Shown piece by piece: positions 20,997 to 29,435 of a DNA stretch of 32,000 nucleotides; positions within the stretch are counted from its first letter, which is position 1, and each line of letters starts with the position of its first letter. The notes beneath the pieces are model-generated. The model was not told the origin of the DNA and did no database searches. It saw only the letters and a program-made list of their open reading frames with translations. Both the position numbers and the translations under genes were made by a program. Source of the stretch: Mycobacterium tuberculosis H37Rv (GTDB lineage: Bacteria > Actinomycetota > Actinomycetes > Mycobacteriales > Mycobacteriaceae); the NCBI RefSeq assembly GCF_000195955.2, contig NC_000962.3:1740001-1772000 (forward strand), in the 5' to 3' direction.

Positions 20997-21605
20997 ATGG
21001 TAGGCGCTGTGACCCAGATAGCGGATCGGCCTACAGACCCCTCGCCCTGGTCGCCGCGAGAGACCGAGTTACTGGCGGTGACACTACGGCTGCTGCAGGA
21101 GCACGGTTATGACCGGCTAACAGTGGATGCCGTTGCGGCGAGCGCCCGCGCCAGCAAGGCAACGGTCTACCGGCGCTGGCCGTCGAAAGCCGAATTGGTG
21201 CTGGCCGCGTTCATCGAGGGCATCCGCCAGGTCGCGGTCCCGCCCAATACCGGCAACCTGCGCGACGACTTGCTGCGACTGGGGGAGCTGATCTGTCGGG
21301 AGGTGGGCCAACACGCCAGCACCATCCGCGCGGTGCTCGTCGAAGTGTCGCGCAATCCTGCCCTCAACGACGTTTTGCAGCATCAGTTCGTCGACCACCG
21401 TAAGGCCCTGATCCAGTACATCTTGCAGCAGGCCGTCGACCGCGGTGAGATCTCCAGCGCGGCCATCAGCGATGAACTCTGGGACCTGCTACCCGGCTAC
21501 CTCATCTTCCGGTCCATCATCCCCAACCGGCCGCCCACCCAGGACACGGTGCAAGCCCTCGTCGACGACGTGATACTCCCCAGCCTCACCCGATCCACCG
21601 GTTGA
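20997..21605 (+). CDS. TetR-family transcriptional regulator
   Basis: 202 aa; LQEHGYDRLTVDAVAASARASKATVYRRWPSKAELVLAAF helix-turn-helix. Corresponds to Rv1556. Confidence 0.94.
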   Translation: MVGAVTQIADRPTDPSPWSPRETELLAVTLRLLQEHGYDRLTVDAVAASARASKATVYRRWPSKAELVLAAFIEGIRQVAVPPNTGNLRDDLLRLGELICREVGQHASTIRAVLVEVSRNPALNDVLQHQFVDHRKALIQYILQQAVDRGEISSAAISDELWDLLPGYLIFRSIIPNRPPTQDTVQALVDDVILPSLTRSTG

Positions 21606-21643
21606 GTCAGCGGTGCGAATGGCTGGGCACCGTTGTGGTGTCC

Positions 21644-21660
21644 GGTCCCGTACCGTACTG
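21644..21660. promoter_or_regulatory. Second copy of the GTACSGTAC motif, inverted orientation (GGTCCCGTACCGTACTG)
   Basis: Reverse complement CAGTACGGTACGGGACC shares GTACGGTACGG with the site at 20963; lies between the TetR gene and the mmpL6 remnant. Confidence 0.45.
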
Positions 21661-21743
21661 TTGAATCCGCGGATCCCCGCCTGAGGTACGGGGCGTGGTC
21701 GCGCCCCGGGCAATAGCGTCGCCGGTTATCGAAAGGCTAACGG

Positions 21744-22937
21744 GTGCAGGGGATTTCAGTGACTGGCCTGGTCAAACGCGGCTGGATGGTGAGATCCGTC
21801 TTTGACACGATCGACGGTATCGACCAACTCGGCGAGCAGCTGGCCAGCGTGACCGTAACCTTGGACAAGTTGGCTGCGATCCAGCCTCAATTGGTGGCGC
21901 TGCTACCAGACGAGATCGCCAGCCAGCAGATCAATCGGGAACTGGCGCTGGCTAACTACGCCACCATGTCCGGGATCTATGCCCAGACGGCGGCCTTGAT
22001 CGAAAACGCTGCCGCCATGGGACAAGCCTTTGACGCCGCCAAGAACGACGACTCCTTCTATCTGCCGCCGGAGGCTTTTGACAACCCAGATTTCCAGCGC
22101 GGCCTGAAATTGTTCCTGTCGGCAGACGGTAAGGCGGCTCGGATGATCATCTCCCATGAAGGCGATCCCGCCACCCCCGAAGGCATTTCGCATATCGACG
22201 CGATCAAGCAGGCGGCCCACGAGGCCGTGAAGGGCACTCCCATGGCGGGTGCTGGGATCTATCTGGCCGGCACGGCCGCCACCTTCAAGGACATTCAAGA
22301 CGGCGCCACCTACGACCTCCTGATCGCCGGAATAGCCGCGCTGAGCTTGATTTTGCTCATCATGATGATCATTACCCGAAGCCTGGTTGCGGCGCTGGTG
22401 ATCGTGGGCACGGTGGCGCTGTCGTTGGGCGCTTCTTTTGGCCTGTCCGTGCTGGTGTGGCAGCATCTTCTCGGTATCCAGTTGTACTGGATCGTGCTCG
22501 CGCTGGCCGTCATCCTGCTCCTGGCCGTGGGATCGGACTATAACTTGCTGCTGATTTCCCGATTCAAGGAGGAGATCGGTGCAGGTTTGAACACCGGCAT
22601 CATCCGTGCGATGGCCGGCACCGGCGGGGTGGTGACCGCTGCCGGCCTGGTGTTCGCCGCCACTATGTCTTCGTTCGTGTTCAGTGATTTGCGGGTCCTC
22701 GGTCAGATCGGGACCACCATTGGTCTTGGGCTGCTGTTCGACACGCTGGTGGTGCGCGCGTTCATGACCCCGTCCATCGCGGTGCTGCTCGGGCGCTGGT
22801 TCTGGTGGCCGCAACGAGTGCGCCCGCGCCCTGCCAGCAGGATGCTTCGGCCGTACGGCCCGCGGCCCGTGGTTCGTGAATTGCTGCTGCGCGAGGGCAA
22901 CGATGACCCGAGAACTCAGGTGGCTACCCACCGTTAA
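21744..22937 (+). CDS. mmpL6: Truncated MmpL-family RND transporter (C-terminal half), apparent in-frame fusion to an MmpS N-terminus
   Basis: 397 aa against about 950 aa for full MmpL; contains [89 protein letters not shown] but lacks the entire N-terminal membrane domain. Confidence 0.93.
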   Translation: MQGISVTGLVKRGWMVRSVFDTIDGIDQLGEQLASVTVTLDKLAAIQPQLVALLPDEIASQQINRELALANYATMSGIYAQTAALIENAAAMGQAFDAAKNDDSFYLPPEAFDNPDFQRGLKLFLSADGKAARMIISHEGDPATPEGISHIDAIKQAAHEAVKGTPMAGAGIYLAGTAATFKDIQDGATYDLLIAGIAALSLILLIMMIITRSLVAALVIVGTVALSLGASFGLSVLVWQHLLGIQLYWIVLALAVILLLAVGSDYNLLLISRFKEEIGAGLNTGIIRAMAGTGGVVTAAGLVFAATMSSFVFSDLRVLGQIGTTIGLGLLFDTLVVRAFMTPSIAVLLGRWFWWPQRVRPRPASRMLRPYGPRPVVRELLLREGNDDPRTQVATHR

Positions 22938-22946
22938 GGTGGTGGG

Positions 22947-23393
22947 ATGCCGCTTTCAGGGGAATATGCGCCGAGCCCGCTCGACTGGTCGCGCGAGCAA
23001 GCCGACACGTATATGAAGTCCGGCGGAACCGAGGGCACACAGCTGCAGGGAAAGCCGGTCATCCTGCTCACCACCGTCGGGGCGAAGACCGGCAAACTCC
23101 GTAAGACCCCGCTGATGCGCGTCGAGCACGACGGCCAGTACGCGATCGTCGCCTCGCTGGGTGGGGCGCCGAAAAATCCGGTCTGGTACCACAACGTCGT
23201 GAAGAACCCACGGGTCGAGCTGCAGGACGGCACCGTGACCGGCGACTACGACGCCCGCGAGGTGTTCGGTGACGAGAAGGCCATCTGGTGGCAGCGCGCC
23301 GTGGCGGTCTGGCCGGACTATGCCAGCTACCAGACCAAGACGGACCGCCAGATTCCGGTGTTCGTGCTGACCCCGGTGCGCGCGGGCGGCTAG
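22947..23393 (+). CDS. Deazaflavin (F420)-dependent nitroreductase family protein (Ddn-like)
   Basis: 148 aa; [61 protein letters not shown]. Corresponds to Rv1558. Confidence 0.92.
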
Positions 23394-23427
23394 CCATTGG
23401 GATAGGGCGGCGTGGCACCATTGACCG

Positions 23428-24717
23428 GTGTCCGCCGAACTGAGCCAGAGCCCGAGCAGCTCGCCGCTGTTTTCACTATCTGGGGCAGACATCGACCGTG
23501 CCGCCAAGCGGATCGCACCGGTAGTCACGCCCACCCCGTTGCAACCTAGCGATCGGTTGTCGGCGATCACTGGCGCCACGGTCTACCTCAAGCGCGAAGA
23601 CTTGCAGACGGTGCGCTCTTATAAGCTACGCGGAGCGTACAACCTGTTGGTGCAGTTGTCCGATGAGGAACTGGCCGCGGGCGTGGTGTGTTCTTCTGCG
23701 GGCAACCACGCGCAGGGCTTCGCGTATGCGTGTCGCTGTCTGGGTGTGCACGGCCGGGTCTACGTACCTGCCAAAACCCCCAAGCAGAAGCGTGACCGGA
23801 TCCGCTACCACGGCGGGGAGTTCATCGACCTGATCGTGGGTGGGTCGACCTATGATCTGGCTGCGGCGGCGGCCCTTGAGGACGTGGAACGCACCGGGGC
23901 CACGCTGGTACCGCCGTTTGACGACCTGCGCACCATCGCCGGCCAGGGCACGATAGCCGTCGAAGTGCTTGGCCAGCTCGAGGACGAGCCGGACCTGGTG
24001 GTGGTCCCGGTGGGTGGCGGCGGCTGCATCGCGGGGATCACCACCTACCTGGCCGAGCGGACGACCAACACCGCGGTGCTGGGCGTCGAGCCGGCTGGTG
24101 CGGCCGCCATGATGGCCGCGCTCGCGGCGGGCGAGCCGGTGACGCTGGACCATGTCGACCAGTTCGTCGACGGCGCCGCGGTGAACCGGGCGGGCACGCT
24201 GACCTATGCCGCGCTAGCCGCCGCCGGCGACATGGTTTCGCTCACCACCGTCGACGAGGGTGCGGTGTGCACGGCGATGCTCGATCTGTATCAGAACGAG
24301 GGCATCATCGCCGAACCGGCCGGTGCCCTGTCGGTCGCCGGTCTGTTGGAAGCCGACATCGAGCCCGGGTCCACCGTGGTGTGCCTGATTTCGGGCGGCA
24401 ACAACGACGTGTCCCGTTACGGGGAGGTGTTGGAGCGCTCGCTGGTCCACCTGGGCCTCAAGCACTATTTCCTGGTCGACTTCCCGCAGGAGCCCGGTGC
24501 GCTGCGCCGGTTTCTCGACGACGTGCTCGGACCCAACGACGACATCACCTTGTTCGAGTACGTCAAGCGCAACAACCGGGAGACCGGTGAGGCGCTGGTG
24601 GGTATCGAGCTGGGATCGGCCGCGGATCTAGACGGTCTGCTGGCCCGGATGCGGGCGACCGACATTCACGTCGAGGCGTTGGAACCGGGGTCGCCGGCTT
24701 ACCGCTATCTGCTGTAG
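23428..24717 (+). CDS. ilvA: Threonine dehydratase (PLP-dependent)
   Basis: 429 aa; [22 protein letters not shown]-lysine motif, [26 protein letters not shown]-terminal ACT-like domain. Confidence 0.96.
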   Translation: MSAELSQSPSSSPLFSLSGADIDRAAKRIAPVVTPTPLQPSDRLSAITGATVYLKREDLQTVRSYKLRGAYNLLVQLSDEELAAGVVCSSAGNHAQGFAYACRCLGVHGRVYVPAKTPKQKRDRIRYHGGEFIDLIVGGSTYDLAAAAALEDVERTGATLVPPFDDLRTIAGQGTIAVEVLGQLEDEPDLVVVPVGGGGCIAGITTYLAERTTNTAVLGVEPAGAAAMMAALAAGEPVTLDHVDQFVDGAAVNRAGTLTYAALAAAGDMVSLTTVDEGAVCTAMLDLYQNEGIIAEPAGALSVAGLLEADIEPGSTVVCLISGGNNDVSRYGEVLERSLVHLGLKHYFLVDFPQEPGALRRFLDDVLGPNDDITLFEYVKRNNRETGEALVGIELGSAADLDGLLARMRATDIHVEALEPGSPAYRYLL

Positions 24718-24754
24718 CGAGGCGTCGGCGCGACCGTGCCGACAAACCTCGCAT

Positions 24755-24973
24755 GTGTATCGTTGGTGTATGTCGCGCACCAACATCGACATCGATGACG
24801 AACTTGCCGCCGAGGTCATGCGCAGGTTCGGTCTGACCACCAAGAGGGCGGCGGTCGACCTTGCCCTACGACGGTTGGTCGGGTCGCCGTTGAGCCGTGA
24901 GTTTCTGCTCGGGCTGGAAGGCGTCGGCTGGGAAGGCGACCTGGATGACTTGCGAAGCGATCGCCCAGACTGA
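24755..24973 (+). CDS. vapB11: VapB-type antitoxin; alternative start ATG at 24770 ([12 protein letters not shown])
   Basis: [33 protein letters not shown] is the typical VapB motif; 5 bp upstream of the toxin gene. Confidence 0.93.
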
Positions 24974-24978
24974 TCTCG

Positions 24979-25383
24979 ATGATCCTCATCGACACATCGG
25001 CCTGGGTGGAGTACTTCCGTGCCACCGGATCAATCGCCGCTGTCGAAGTACGCCGGCTGCTGTCCGAAGAAGCAGCGCGAATCGCTATGTGTGAGCCCAT
25101 TGCGATGGAAATCTTGAGTGGCGCGCTCGACGACAACACCCACACGACGCTAGAGCGGCTCGTGAATGGCTTGCCGTCGTTGAACGTTGATGACGCGATT
25201 GACTTTCGTGCTGCCGCGGGTATCTATCGCGCCGCCCGGCGCGCCGGCGAAACGGTTCGAAGCATCAACGACTGCCTCATAGCGGCGCTCGCGATCCGCC
25301 ACGGTGCGCGTATCGTCCACCGTGACGCCGACTTTGATGTGATTGCCCGGATTACCAACCTGCAGGCCGCATCGTTTCGGTGA
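24979..25383 (+). CDS. vapC11: PIN-domain ribonuclease toxin
   Basis: 134 aa; MILIDTSAWVEYFR, EPIAMEILSG, NDCLIAALAIRHGARIVHRDADFDVIA conserved acidic residues. Confidence 0.95.
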   Translation: MILIDTSAWVEYFRATGSIAAVEVRRLLSEEAARIAMCEPIAMEILSGALDDNTHTTLERLVNGLPSLNVDDAIDFRAAAGIYRAARRAGETVRSINDCLIAALAIRHGARIVHRDADFDVIARITNLQAASFR

Positions 25384-25399
25384 GCATGCCGCCCCAGCA

Positions 25400-27142
25400 T
25401 CAGGCCGGCTCCGCAGCCCGCAGTATCGCAAGCGAATACGCTGCTAGCTCGGTGGAATTATCGCCGATAATCGGCGACTCCCAGGCCAGCACCAGCTCAC
25501 CGCTGACCGGCACGCAGGTTGGCTCGGCACCAAGGTTGCAGGCGATCATCAGCTGGCCGCGGCGCATCACAACCCAGCGTTGCTGCTCGTCGTAGTCGAC
25601 CATAAGGTGGTCCAGCCAGGGGTCCGCAAGGTCGGCCTCGTTGTGCCGCAAAGCGATCAGATCGCGATAAAACCGGTGCAACCTGGCGTGTTCGCCGGAG
25701 CCGGCTTCGGCCCAGTTCAGCTTGCAGCGCTGGAATGTCTGCGGGTCCTGCGGGTCCGGAATGTCGTCCGCGGCCCAGCCATGTTCGGCGAACTCCTCCT
25801 TGCGTCCTGCCACGGTGCTATGGGCCAGTTCCGGTTCGGGATGTGAGCAAAAGAACTGAAACGGGCTGGAGGCCCCCCACTCTTCGCCCATGAAAAGCAT
25901 TGCGGTATAGGGAGATCCAAGGGTCAACGCCGCCTTGATCGCGAGCTGGCCACCGGTCAGGTATTGCGATGGGCGGTCGCCGAGAGCGCGGTTGCCGACT
26001 TGGTCGTGGGTGCAGGTGTAGGCGAGCAGCCTGGTGGCCGGGATCGCAGAAGTGTCCAATGCACGCCCGTGCCGACGACGCCGGAACGACGAATACGTGC
26101 CGGCGTGGAAGTAGCCGTTGCGCAGCGTGTACGCGAGAGTGGCCAGCGAGCCGAAATCCGCATAGTAGCCTTGCCGCTCACCGGATACCGCGGTATGGAT
26201 GGCGTGATGGATGTCGTCATTCCATTGGGCGGTGATCCCGTAGCCGCCATGGCTGGGCCGGGTGATCAGCCGCGGGTCGTTTCGGTCGGTTTCGGCGATC
26301 AGCGACAACGGACGGCCCAACTGGCCTGACAGCCAGCGGGTCGCGTTGGCAAGCTCCTCGAGGACATGCACGGCGGTGGTGTCCACCAGTGCATGCACGG
26401 CGTCCAACCGCAAGCCGTCGGCGTGGAAGTCGCGCATCCATCGCAGCGCGCAGTCGATGATATAGTGGCGAACCTCGTCGGAGTCGGCGCCGGCGATATT
26501 GATGCCGTCCCCCCACGGGTTGCTGGCCGACGACAGGTACGGGCCGAATCGCGGCAGGTAGTTGCCCGATGGGCCGAGATGGTTGAACACCGCGTCGATC
26601 AACACGCCCAAACGACGGGCATGGCATGCGTCGATGAACCGGACCAGACCGTCGGGGCCGCCGTAGGGTTCGTGCACGCTGTACCACAGCACACCGTCAT
26701 ATCCCCAACCGCGGGTTCCGGCAAAGGAATTGACCGGCATCAGCTCGACGAAGTCGATTCCGAGATCGACCAGGTAATCCAGCTTTTCGATGGCGGCGTC
26801 GAACGTGCCAGCCGTGGTGAACGTGCCGATGTGCAACTCGTAGATCACCGCGCCCTCGACCGACCGCCCCGGCCAGCCAGTGTCGGTCCGGGCAGCACCA
26901 AACTGGCCGGGCGGCTCCCACCGCTGGGAGCGTGCGTGCACCCCGTCGGGTTGGCGGGCCGATCGCGGGTCGGGTAGCACGGTGGGGTCGTCGTCGAGTA
27001 GGTATCCGTAGCGGGCGTCCGCCGGCGCCGCCACCGTCGTGTGCCACCAGCCGTCGGCTGAGCGGGTCATCGCATGTACCGCACCGTTCACGTCGAGCCG
27101 GACCAGCGCGGGTTTGGGTGCCCATACTCGGAATTCAGGCAT
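25400..27142 (-). CDS. treZ: Malto-oligosyltrehalose trehalohydrolase; start at MPEFRVWAPK (580 aa)
   Basis: VIYELHIGTFTTAGTF, LGIDFVELMPVNSFAG, GLRLDAVHAL, TYTCTHDQVGNRALGDR, LFMGEEWGASSPFQFFCSH. Confidence 0.96.
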   Translation of the reverse strand: MPEFRVWAPKPALVRLDVNGAVHAMTRSADGWWHTTVAAPADARYGYLLDDDPTVLPDPRSARQPDGVHARSQRWEPPGQFGAARTDTGWPGRSVEGAVIYELHIGTFTTAGTFDAAIEKLDYLVDLGIDFVELMPVNSFAGTRGWGYDGVLWYSVHEPYGGPDGLVRFIDACHARRLGVLIDAVFNHLGPSGNYLPRFGPYLSSASNPWGDGINIAGADSDEVRHYIIDCALRWMRDFHADGLRLDAVHALVDTTAVHVLEELANATRWLSGQLGRPLSLIAETDRNDPRLITRPSHGGYGITAQWNDDIHHAIHTAVSGERQGYYADFGSLATLAYTLRNGYFHAGTYSSFRRRRHGRALDTSAIPATRLLAYTCTHDQVGNRALGDRPSQYLTGGQLAIKAALTLGSPYTAMLFMGEEWGASSPFQFFCSHPEPELAHSTVAGRKEEFAEHGWAADDIPDPQDPQTFQRCKLNWAEAGSGEHARLHRFYRDLIALRHNEADLADPWLDHLMVDYDEQQRWVVMRRGQLMIACNLGAEPTCVPVSGELVLAWESPIIGDNSTELAAYSLAILRAAEPA

Positions 27143-29432
27143 TGTCGCGCACCAGCAGCACCACAGGCAGATCCGCGAACAGCTCGACGGCCGGCGTGTG
27201 CCCACTGGCCGTGAATCCGGTGAGGGCATCTGTCCACGACCCGTCGGGTAGGGGCAGTACGGTGTGGTCCCAGCCGGTTTGCTGCAGGCGCACCGTCCAG
27301 CGGGTCACCGCGACCAGGATGTCGTCACCGCGGCGGAACGCAACGACGTGGTCGGCGGCCGGCCCGGCGGCGAACACCGGATGGTATGCGCCGCCCAGGA
27401 AGCTCTCCGGATGGGTGCGCCGCAGTCGAAGCGCCGCGGCCAACACCCGAATCTTAGGGTGCTGCAAGGCTTTCAGAGCGACACGCCGGGTGCCGTAGTC
27501 GACGGGACGGCGGTTGTCCGGGTCGACCAGGCTGTCGTCCCACAGTTCGCTGCCCTGGTAGACGTCGGGTACGCCAGGCACGGTCAACGCGAGCAGCTTA
27601 GCGGCCAGCGCGTCGCTTTCGGCATGCGAGTTGAGGTGGGCCACAAGTCCGGTCAGCTCGGACGCCAGCGGTCCGTCGAGCACCAGATCAAGCCAGCCGT
27701 GCACGTCGTCCTCGAACGCCCGGTTCGGGTTGTGCCACGAGGTGTGCCATGCCGCCTCCCGGATCGCCTTCTCGGCGTAAGTGTGCAGCCGGCCGCGCAG
27801 CGCGGCGCTGACCTCTCCACTCACTGGCCACACTCCGAAGACGTTCTGCCACAGAAACTGTCCAGTCACGGCATCAGGGGCGGGCGCAATGGCTTGGGCG
27901 TGGCCGATGAACTTGGCCCACAGCCACGGCACTTGGGACAGCACGCCGATGCGGGCACGCACGTCCTCGCCGCGTTTGGTGTCGTGGGTGGACAGTGTCG
28001 TCATGGACCGTGGCCACAACCGAGCACGGGTGGCGGCCCGGTGATGAAACTCCGCGGCGCCCACACCAAACCGGCGCGGTTCTCCGCCCACTTCATTGAG
28101 TGACACCAGCCGGGCATCACGGTAGAACATACAGTCTTCGACGGCCTTGGCGCTCACCGCGCCGCACAGTTGTTGCAGGCGTACGGCTGGTTCGCCACCG
28201 CGGGCCACAGCTGCGGCAATCAGCTGCAGTCCAGGTGCCAATTGTGGTGTTGTCGAATGGGTTTCAGCCAACGCGCAGGGTAGGACGGCGGCTTGGCCGG
28301 GGTAATCACAGCGATAGCGTCCGATGTGGCGCAGCAGTGCAGCCACCGCCGCGGGCAACAGCGGATGATCGGCGCCGGCCGCCGCCGCGATGCATCGCCG
28401 CAATCGGCGAAGCTCACTGGCCAACGTATGGACGGCCGCGTGCACCTTGAGGTCGGCCAACATCGCCGGCATCTCCTGATAGTCCACACCGGCCGATTCG
28501 ACCAGCGCTGTCAGTGGTGACTCTCCTTGGGGGTCAACGAGGACGCCACCTATTTCGCGCAGCACGTCATAGCCGGTGGAGCCGTCCACTGGCAGCGTGG
28601 GCTCTAACGCCTCGTCGACCGCCAGGATTTTTTCGACCACGATCCAGGCGTTCGGGCCGAGCAGTTCGCGCAGCTGGGCCAAGTATCCGCTGGGATCGGA
28701 TAGTCCGTCGAGGTGGTCGACGCGCACGCCGTCGACGAGTCCTTCGGTGAACCAGCGAGCGACCTCTGCGTGGCTGGCGTCGAACACAGCGCGGTCTTCC
28801 TGGCGCAGGCCGGCCAACGAGGTGATCGAGAAGAAACGGCGGTAGCCGCACAGCCCGTGCCGCCATCCGACCAGCCGATAGTGCTGGCGGTCGTGCACAG
28901 CGGGGCCGGTGCCGTCCCCGCTGCCGGGGGCGACGGGCAGCGCCAGGTCGCCCAGCCGCAGCAGGTCGCCGTCGACTCTGAGGTTGGCAACGTCGCTGTC
29001 GGAGCCCAATAGCGGCAGGATGATCCGGCCATCACCTAGCTCCCAGTCGATGTCGAAGAACTCGGCATACGCCGAGGACCGGCCGAACTTCAAGACATCC
29101 CACCACCACGCGTTCTGCTCGGGCTTGCCGACGCCGACATGGCTGGGCACGATGTCGACGATCAGGCCCATGCCCCGCGACCGCGCCGCCGCGGATAACC
29201 GCGCTAGGCCGTCAGAGCCACCAAGCTCGGGTGACACCGTCGTCGGATCGGTGACGTCATAGCCGTGGGTCGACCCGCCGACCGCCGTCAAAATGGGGGA
29301 CAGGTACAGATGCGATACCCCGAGGTCGTCGAGGTAGTCCAGCAGGTTCTCGGCATCGGCGAAGGTGAACCCGAATCCGTTCGACCGACCGCGCATCTGC
29401 ACCCGGTAAGTGGAAATAACCGGAAATGCCAT
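27135..29432 (-). CDS. treY: Malto-oligosyltrehalose synthase
   Basis: 765 aa; TYRVQM, YLSPILTAVGGSTHGYDVTDPTTVSPELGG, DIVPSHVGVGKPEQNAWWWDVLKFG, DGVRVDHLDGLSDP, STHDTKRGEDVRARI. Overlaps treZ start by 8 bp. Confidence 0.97.
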   Translation of the reverse strand: MAFPVISTYRVQMRGRSNGFGFTFADAENLLDYLDDLGVSHLYLSPILTAVGGSTHGYDVTDPTTVSPELGGSDGLARLSAAARSRGMGLIVDIVPSHVGVGKPEQNAWWWDVLKFGRSSAYAEFFDIDWELGDGRIILPLLGSDSDVANLRVDGDLLRLGDLALPVAPGSGDGTGPAVHDRQHYRLVGWRHGLCGYRRFFSITSLAGLRQEDRAVFDASHAEVARWFTEGLVDGVRVDHLDGLSDPSGYLAQLRELLGPNAWIVVEKILAVDEALEPTLPVDGSTGYDVLREIGGVLVDPQGESPLTALVESAGVDYQEMPAMLADLKVHAAVHTLASELRRLRRCIAAAAGADHPLLPAAVAALLRHIGRYRCDYPGQAAVLPCALAETHSTTPQLAPGLQLIAAAVARGGEPAVRLQQLCGAVSAKAVEDCMFYRDARLVSLNEVGGEPRRFGVGAAEFHHRAATRARLWPRSMTTLSTHDTKRGEDVRARIGVLSQVPWLWAKFIGHAQAIAPAPDAVTGQFLWQNVFGVWPVSGEVSAALRGRLHTYAEKAIREAAWHTSWHNPNRAFEDDVHGWLDLVLDGPLASELTGLVAHLNSHAESDALAAKLLALTVPGVPDVYQGSELWDDSLVDPDNRRPVDYGTRRVALKALQHPKIRVLAAALRLRRTHPESFLGGAYHPVFAAGPAADHVVAFRRGDDILVAVTRWTVRLQQTGWDHTVLPLPDGSWTDALTGFTASGHTPAVELFADLPVVLLVRDNA

Positions 29433-29435
29433 ATT

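Noticed and set aside
21606-21800. IS-element or phage-mediated origin of the mmpL6 truncation
   Set aside because: No transposase, terminal inverted repeats or target duplications are visible; it fits a simple deletion (TbD1).
26366-26977. 203-aa plus-strand ORF antisense to treZ, and similar ORFs in the tre region
   Set aside because: Opposite a clear GH13 enzyme; no independent support.
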